From assembly GCF_009914755.1 (NCBI RefSeq), contig NC_060947.1: a DNA stretch of 64,000 nt; one strand, written 5' to 3'. This document shows, in pieces, positions 56,374 to 64,000 of the stretch. Every line of letters starts with the position of its first letter. Position 1 is the first letter of the stretch. The position numbers and the translations under genes are program-made. Under the pieces are notes generated by a model that searched no databases, had not been told where the DNA came from, and worked only from the letters and a program-made list of their open reading frames with translations. The DNA comes from the human T2T-CHM13v2.0 reference genome, Homo sapiens.

Positions 56374-56754
56374 TGTATTAGTCCATTCTCACATTGCTAT
56401 AAAGAACTACCTGAGACTGGTAATTTATGAAGAAAATAGATTTAATTGACTTACAGTTCTGCAGACTGTACAAGAAGCATGGCTGGAAGGCCTCAGGAAA
56501 CTTATAATCATGGTGAAAGGTGTAGAGGAAGCAAGCATGTTTTACCATGGCAGAGCAGGAGAGAGAGAGGGCTAAGGGGGAAGTGCCACATACTTTTAAA
56601 CCAACAGATCTCATGAGAACTCCCTATCACAAGAACAGAAAGGGGGAAATCTGCCCCTATGATCCAGTCACCTCCCACCAGGCCCCCTCTCTCTACATTG
56701 AGAATTACAATTCAACATGAGATTTGGGTGGGGATACAGAGCCAAACCAGATCA
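56374..56754 (-). mobile_element. THE1D-like solo LTR
   Basis: tgtattagtccattctcac...gagccaaaccagatca; perfect TSD gggac at 56369-56373 and 56755-56759. Confidence 0.92.
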
Positions 56755-57569
56755 GGGACATTCCTTCAATGCTTAGCCAGTTTCTTTATAACTCTGCCTT
56801 AGTCTTCACTCTATATTTGTGCTGAGCCTAATGATAAGCCTCAGGTGAATACTTAGGGTCTTCTCAGGTCTTTTCTGAGTGGGAGCCCTCCCCTGGGGAT
56901 GCATGAATTTCTAAATTCCCCAGCTGGTACATTAAATTAAAGCATTTTCAATGCTTTAATTCTTCAAGGAATATTTCTTTCCAGTTTTTTTTTTTCTCCC
57001 AGGCTTTTAGTGCACCCATTCTTTACCTTGACTGCAGTCTTTTGCCCTAGGCAACAGTGTTTTGTTAATTTGCCTTTTAATATTTTTCAAGAATATCCTC
57101 TGTATACTCTCTTTTCTTCCCTGAGAGAGTTCTGACTTAGATGAAGCAAAGGCAAGTACCTTGTGTGAGTTCTTTAGGCAGTTGCCCTATAGATCAAAAC
57201 AAAAAAAAAAAACCCCACAATTATTTGAGAACATAACCTACTGTCTCTCTCTGGAATAAGGTACTAAGGTCCTACACTGGGACCAGAGGAACTGTCTTCA
57301 AGACTGTTGTCAAGTCAGAGATGGGACAGTGCAAGGGCAAGTAAAAACACTGAAAAGTTCTTCTACCATTTTAAAATTGCCTTTTTCTTGACTCAGCATT
57401 TACTTGGTTTCTACAAAACTCTGACTATTTTCCAGAATTCCTACAAAGGTGATTCTGAGCATGTTTGCTCATTTCTTGGTATTTCTGTGGAGGAACAGGC
57501 CTTTGGAGCTAACTGCTTTGCCATTTTTGCTGACATCACCTTTCCACAATTTGTTTTGGATTCCTCTAG

Positions 57570-57795
57570 TATTTATTAAGGACTTGCTATACGTCAGGCA
57601 CCATGTTAAATGTTTTATGTTTATTTAACCCTCATACTAATTATATGAGGGCAATATTATTATCCGCATCTTTTTCACAAAAGAAGAAAAACAGGGAAGA
57701 ATTGTCCAAGGAAATACTACAGATAGGAAGAGATACACATGAGCTTGAACTCAGATCTGTATGATTTCTAGCCCCAGGCTCTTAATCGCTAGGAT
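57570..57795 (-). mobile_element. MIR SINE
   Basis: tatttattaaggacttgctatacgtcaggcacc...ttgaactcagatctgtatga. Confidence 0.7.
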
Positions 57796-58204
57796 AAACC
57801 AATATATTAAGAAAGGCAGGCATAATAAAAAGTGTTAGGTGACCTAATTCTAGACACAATTTTATGCTAAGGGATTAACTGTAATTTGTTTATATAAAAG
57901 ACAGTTTTTATTTTCTATCTCTCATTCATGCTTTGCATCTGAATGGTGTAAGTGAGTGTGAAGGGTCTCAATAGAAGTAAGAGAAAGAACTATATCCAAG
58001 ATAATCCATCAATATACAGGATGAATAAACAAATGTTGATTACTGTTCATGCTAGCGTGTAATGTTTTTATTAAAAGATTTAAGCTAGGAGGATGGCCAA
58101 AGTAAATAGAAAAGGAGTGAAGGGAGGATGTGTGGATACTTGATACATGATTATCCTATTCTTGTGTGTTGCAGTTGTTCCTGATTATTTTGATGGAAGA
58201 CTAT

Positions 58205-58458
58205 TAGGGAACTGTAAGAGTTGCGGATTTAGACTCCCTGAGTTCAAATTCTGACTCTACTTTTTGCCATCTCTATGGCCTTGGGCAAATTCACTAATCT
58301 GTCTATGCTTCAGTTTCCTCACTATGAGATATGGGGATAATAATGGTACCCACTTAATCGTATGCTTCAGAATCAGATAAGCTAGTAAAGTGAACAGCAT
58401 TAAGAACTGTGTCTGGCACAGAGTAACCATTTTAAAACATTGGCTATTAGTATTATGA
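58205..58458 (+). mobile_element. MIR SINE
   Basis: cctgagttcaaattctgactctac...ccttgggcaaat...cttcagtttcctca...tgtctggcacagagtaa. Confidence 0.8.
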
Positions 58459-59149
58459 TAAAACTAAATAGAAAAAAAACACATTTTTTTCTCAATAAGA
58501 TTTTAATGGTCACACTTCATTATCACCTCCCTTTGTTCACTTACTTATCCTTGTGGACCCTTATGGGGCACATGGCACTTTAGAAGCATCTCTTGTTTTG
58601 CATTTGACCTTGTTAGGGTAACTGTAACTCAAAAAAGACAAAAGAAAATTGAATGGCTTTCCTATCATGCTTCTTCCTGACAACTTCTTCAATTCTCCTT
58701 CATTTCAAAGAGGATGAAAATGTACAGACAGGCATTTTTTTAATAACTGAAATTGTACAAACATCCCTCATACTTGTACTGAAAGTTCCATTTTCATTTA
58801 GCATTTTATTTCCTTCTGTGTAATTTTAAGTTTACAAAATCTCAGATAACATTAATCTCAACAAAATTTTGTTAATGGTGTTACTTCTGGTACTCCAATA
58901 TGATGAAGCTAAAATATGAATAGATGGAAGTCTTTTTATGAATTTTTATTTGAAAGTGTCTTGGGGAGCCTATGGACATGAGGATTTATATTGTTTTTCC
59001 ACTGTGATACATATGAAGGATGATGTTGATGAGATTAAAACAGCCCTGTGGACTCATCTAAAAATTCCTTGTGTGTACTAACAGATGGTAATCTTCATAT
59101 TTCCTCAAGAAGTCATTTAGGAATGCCAGCAAATAAGTGTGACATTATT

Positions 59150-59465
59150 ATTTTTAAACAGATTTTATATTTTAGAGCAGTTTTAGGTTCACAGCAAAGT
59201 TGAGCAGAAAGTCCAGATATTTACCATATATTTACACATAATATCTTTCCCCATTATCAATATCCCCCACCAAGGTGGCACATTTATTGCAATTGATGAA
59301 CCTAGGTTGATATATCATTATCACTCTAAGTTCATGGTTTACATTAGGGTTCCCTCTCAGTGTTGTACATTCTATGGGTCTGAAAAATGAATAATGACAT
59401 ATGTCCATCATTATAGTATTATACATGGTAGTTTTATTGCCCTAAAAGTCCTCTGTGCTCTGCCA
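59150..59465 (-). mobile_element. L1MC1/2-like 3' end
   Basis: ttttagagcagttttaggttcacagcaaagttgagcagaaag...gccctaaaagtcctctgtgctctgcc; flanks gtgacattatt / gtggcattatt. Confidence 0.85.
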
Positions 59466-59729
59466 AAGTGGCATTATTTTAACAAATAAATTTGACCTTT
59501 TTCCTAGTCTCACTATAAAAAGCAAATCCTTCAAACATGCTGAAACTTTATAATTAGTGATGATACTGATAAGAAACCTAAGAAGTGACTCTGCATCATA
59601 ATGGGCCCCAAGATCAAGAACCAGCTAACTTGCCAAAGTGCTTCACTTTACAAAAGAAGAGAGTGGTGATCAGTTGCCCAAAGTCACACAGTGGTGAGCA
59701 ACTCCAGGGACACTTGACTCTGGGCTTAG

Positions 59730-60030
59730 TTATTCAGTCCACAGACACTTATTGAGCTTCTTCTGTGTTTAAGGCCTCTTGCCCAACAAAATGGTGAACA
59801 AGACTCCACCTACTTCAAGGATTGGGAGAATAGAGAGTGGAATGGGAACAACTGGTGAGTAAAGCATCAATTATGTAACAGTATTAAGGTGAAATACAGA
59901 AGTTGGTAGAAGCACAGATCAGGGCAATCAAACTGGAATTTGTAGTAGGTTTGAGGAAGGCTGCCCAGAAGAGGGGATATCTAAGGTAGACTTGAAGAAT
60001 GAATGGGAGTCAAGTCATATTTGGCCAATT
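59730..60030 (-). mobile_element. L2 fragment
   Basis: acacttattgagcttcttctgtg...ggtgaacaagac...ggaaggctgcccagaagaggggatatctaag. Confidence 0.65.
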
Positions 60031-60597
60031 GATAATTGACATTAAGGTAAGACTATGTCCAAAATTGGCATCATAGAAGAAAAAATAGCCCTTTAACAAT
60101 CCTCCTCTTGTAACCTTAGCCAGAGTTAGAACCTTTACTGGGTAATGATAAATAATAATACTCATTGGTTTATTGTTGTTAATTTGTAAGCATATCTGTA
60201 TTAGAACGTCATGTGATTCTTTCAGTGATTCCATGAGTAAGGAAGAGCAGGTATAATCAATATCTCAAAGAATGACCTAAAATAAATTTGGAAGTAAATA
60301 AAGTGAAATTACAGTGGATGTGACCCTTTTGATTTTTTCTTTGAGATATGAAATAGCCTTTGTTTGCTCAAACACATACTGACCATCTTGTGGAGTAAAG
60401 TTTGGTTCATTAGAGAAGTGAAAAATGCCATATCAGTCATGTTAGTTGATGTTCTTCCCATGACCAGTTTGTATTCTGATTGAACTACCTCACCCACAGC
60501 CTGTGACCCTACATCCACAGGATGAGCCTATCTTTCCTTTGGTTGAAACTAATTGACTAGGATTGGATACTTTGATCGTGATTCTATAAAGCAGGGC

Positions 60598-61430
60598 TAT
60601 ACAGATAAGATTTAATTATTGGCCCCAACTTTTTACCCTTCTGTTTGTTAGTCTGTTTGTGTTGCTATAAAGGAATACGTGAGGCTAGATCATTTATAAA
60701 GAAAGGATGTTTATTTGGCTTATGGTTCTGCAGACTGTACAGGAAGTGTGGCACCAGTATCTGCTTCTGACGGGGACTTCAGGAAGCTTCCAGTCATGGG
60801 AGCATCTGCTTCTGGTGAGGGCTTCATGAAGCTTCAGGGTAGGGGAATAGCTATCACATGGTGAGAGTGGAGAAAAAAGAAAGAGAAAGGAGATGCCTGG
60901 CTCTTTTTAATAATCAGATCTCTTGGAAACTAATGGAGTGAGAACTCACTCATTACTGTGAGAACAAGACCAAGCCATTTATGATGGATCCACCCCTGAC
61001 CAAAATACCTCCCACCAGACTCCACCTCCAACATTGGAGATCAAGTTTCAACAGAGATTTGGAGGGAACAAATATCCAAATTATATCACCTTCCCTTGCA
61101 CCCATATTCTTATGGTCTCATTATGGGCAGAAAGTACTTTCTCACTCAGGACTTTGGACTTGCTGCATGACTTGTGCTGGCTAATGGCACGCAGGTGGAA
61201 GTGCCAGCCATTCTGAGCCTATGCTTTAAGAGGCTTTCTGTGTTCCTTCTCATCCACTTGTGCCTCTGTCATCTCACGATAAAAACTTCTCTTGAATAGC
61301 TTCTGCCCCTGTAGCCTGAGTCTTAGAATAAACTCATGTGGAGCAGAGCTGCCAAGCTAAGTCAATTAAGTTTAGCTGACACCAGCTGACTCACAGATCC
61401 ATCAGAATCAATGGTTCATATCTTGCCCTT
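60598..61430 (+). mobile_element. Old MaLR LTR (MLT1I/J-like), interrupted by MSTB
   Basis: attggccccaac...catgacttgtgctggctaatgg...catgtggagcagagctgcc. Confidence 0.6.
60642..61088 (-). mobile_element. MSTB-like LTR
   Basis: ttagtctgtttgtgttgctataaaggaatac...aaatatccaaattatatca; perfect TSD ccttc at 60637-60641 and 61089-61093. Confidence 0.9.
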
Positions 61431-62269
61431 GATGTTTGCAACTAACTTGATGGAAGAGCAGTAGATGTTGTCCTCTTGACCTGAAACCTAAGGTAGACTT
61501 TGTGGCTTGGACTGCCATTTTGGGCTACAGATGAGTATGTAGAGGAGGTCAGTTTTCAGAGAAAGACAGGAAGTGAAATATACAAGTGACAGAGACAATC
61601 ATCTTGGCTTCTAGCTGTTCTCTAGATTTAGCTTCCACAAGGCAGGGAGCTATAAGGGTAGGTAGTGGTCTTTGGACTGGGTGACATTCTCAATCTATGA
61701 GAGGACTGGCTATTGTTGGACTGTCTTGCAAAAACTGGGATACCATGTGGTTTCTTGAAATTAGGCAGAATTACTAGCAGTAAGACTGAGGAACAATGTT
61801 AAAGTATGGTTTCTGCAAGGTTGTCTTGAAGCTGAGTCACCTTAAAACAAGGATAGTTTAGATTTTTCTCTTGGAGAGCAAGATCAGTCCAAAAGTCTAG
61901 GAAGTGGCTGCACCTACAGGGGATCAAGTTTCCAGAGATGAATAAAGGAGATGCAAGAGGCAGCTGTTATTTTGTCTGTACAGTTTTCTTTCTTGGGTTT
62001 ACTTAAAAATGTTCCTGTGAGAAATATACTGCCTTGCCTAACTTCTCTTTTCAGCTTAAATTATACCATCCCCAGCCACACTCAGAAGCGGTCAGTCTTA
62101 ATACCATGTCACTCTGCCTTTCCTCTCTCCTCATCACAAAGTAAATTGAACCAAGGGAGTACTTCTGCCTGACCCAAAGGAAACCAGTCCATGTGGCTTC
62201 TGTGGGGCTCAACCTGGTTACAGGGGTGTAAAGATTTGGCAAACAGACTAGCTCATCTGCTTGGCTACA

Positions 62270-62685
62270 GTGATTGGTTCAGTCTTAATTTAGGGCCCCA
62301 GCCAGGACAATCATAGTCCTCTCTAGGGTTTTTCTTCCAGAAGGTTGAGGAGAGACTATTATTTTTACTCTGATGGTTGAGCTGGCAGCATTTAAGGGAA
62401 GAGCTGATAGTGGCTATTTTGATGCTATCAGATGAGAACCTAAGGATTAATTCTGGCAGATGCAAGAAGTATGGTGAAGAAGCAGGAAGGTGGGAGGGAA
62501 GAAGGGAGAGACAGAGGAAAGAGAATGAGAGGGCACTGAAAATAGTGCCTGAACTCCTGGTATGCAGCCCTGCTAAAGCTAACTCTATCCCCTGGTTTTG
62601 ACAGGTGCTAGTCCAATAAATGCCCGCTTCTCTTTTTCTTAAACTGGTTTGAGTTAGGTTTCTATCACCTCTAACAGACAGTCTT
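62270..62685 (+). mobile_element. Old MaLR LTR (MLT1K/L-like)
   Basis: ccaataaatgccc...aaactggtttgagttaggtttctatcac 3' end. Confidence 0.55.
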
Positions 62686-62934
62686 GAAGAATCCAGAAGG
62701 ACCACTGGGGTAGAGAGGAGGCAGCCCATTGTGGGGACTAGGTCTTCTTTATTGGCACAGAGCTCAGCTCCTTAAAATACAAGAGAGAAAGCCTGCATAG
62801 ATTCCTCTGAAAGCAGAAAGTAAATTGTAAAATCATGAAGGAAACCAAAGCAAAACATATCAGGCCTAATTCAATTTACGTTATTAGGTAAAGGTTTTTA
62901 TAAGACTTTTAAGACTTGCTGTAATTTCATAATG

Positions 62935-63158
62935 TCAGTGGTAGGTACTGCTCAAAGTAAACTGCATGGATTCAAATCCCACCTTCAGTATTTACTAACT
63001 GTGAATATTAACCTCTCTGAATAGTAGCCTCATCTCTAAAATAGGGATAAAAGTAGTGCCTATCTCATGCAGTTGTTGCAAGAAATAAATGACTTAATTT
63101 ATGCAAAGCTTTTAGAAGAGTGTTCAAGAAACACACAATAAGTGAAACTGTTATTATG
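62935..63158 (+). mobile_element. MIR SINE
   Basis: ggattcaaatccc...tttactaactgtga...cctcatctctaaaatagggataa. Confidence 0.75.
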
Positions 63159-63499
63159 AGCTGTTTTTATTTCTCACATTTGTTACCTTGATTTGTAAGA
63201 GCGATGGTGTATTTGTGTAGGCTCAAGAAGGTGGGATGATGAACAACACAGGTGAACAAATCCCTAAGGTTTCTGGGAAAGAGGAAGCAGGTAAACTATA
63301 AGTGAACCAGAACTCATAAATATCCCTGGGTGTTCATTCTGGCTTAAGGTATTTGGGAATCAGGTATCTATAATGTACAGGTAAAGACATTGAGGACTAG
63401 AGACTGATGTGCTCCAGGCCCATCAGAAGTTACAGGCAGAGCTGAGACTTGAGCCCAGATCTTGTGATCTTAATTGGGCCCCCTTTCCAGGTCACCATA

Positions 63500-63594
63500 G
63501 TGTGAGCAATGTGAAGGCAGGGACTGTATTTGTTATCCTGAGGGTTTGAAGAAATTTAAATGGAATGAATAAATGAATGAATGAATGAATGAAT
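63500..63594 (+). mobile_element. L2 3' end with (GAAT)n tail
   Basis: gaaggcagggactgtat...gaatgaataaatgaatgaatgaatgaatgaat. Confidence 0.65.
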
Positions 63595-63614
63595 CCGGTC
63601 CAAAATGACTCTTC

Positions 63615-64000
63615 TGGTCACTAATGGTATTTAACAAATTACTGCAACGTTGGTGGCTTAAAACAATAACCATTTTATTATGCCCATGGATTTGGGGTGA
63701 GGAATTCATGAAGAGCCCAAGTAGGCAATTTTCATTTGGTTTCTCATGCAGTTACAGTCAAATGACGTCTTGATTCATTTGGATGTTCAAGATTGCTTAG
63801 TCATGTTACTGGCAGTTGGATAACGGTTGTTTGCTGTGAGCTCAACTGAGGCATCTGAAGCATCTATACACGGCCTGTTCATGTTGGACTTCTTACAGGA
63901 TGGCTCAGGACTCCGAGCAAAAGTGTTGCAGTGGCGAAGTGGAAGCTACCTTTCCTTTTCTGACCTACCCTTAGAAGTCACATAACATTACTTCTACTGT
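63615..64000 (-). mobile_element. MLT1H/F-like LTR (runs off window end)
   Basis: ggtggcttaaaacaataaccattttattatg...tgacctacccttagaagtcacataacattacttc. Confidence 0.65.

Noticed and set aside
60300-60520. Minus-strand peptide WSWEEHQ reminiscent of the Gypsy RT-RNaseH linker, and a 69-aa ORF
   Set aside because: The match is only a few residues, is followed by a stop and has no flanking homology.

Overview
Mammalian DNA from a hominid, most likely human: it carries a full-length SVA, AluJ/S and L1PA. The window is AT-rich intronic or intergenic sequence made mostly of interspersed repeats: many MaLR/ERVL solo LTRs, MIR, L2, old L1M, the DNA transposon fossils MER2B, MER58A and a Zaphod-like hAT, five Alus, one near-full-length decayed L1PA8-like element and one SVA_D-like element. 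I recognise no intact protein-coding gene, RNA gene or prokaryote-type system; the long ORFs are SVA, Alu or L1 artefacts. The most notable structures are a 60-bp SVA 3' transduction with its own poly(A) signal, a five-level nest of elements with readable target-site duplications (TSDs), a 51-bp dispersed duplication at a repeat breakpoint, and several exon-like signals on the + strand (an ATG/donor palindrome and a 25-nt microexon candidate) whose host gene I cannot name. Repeat family names come from remembered consensus sequences, not a database search; subfamily calls and old-element boundaries are approximate.
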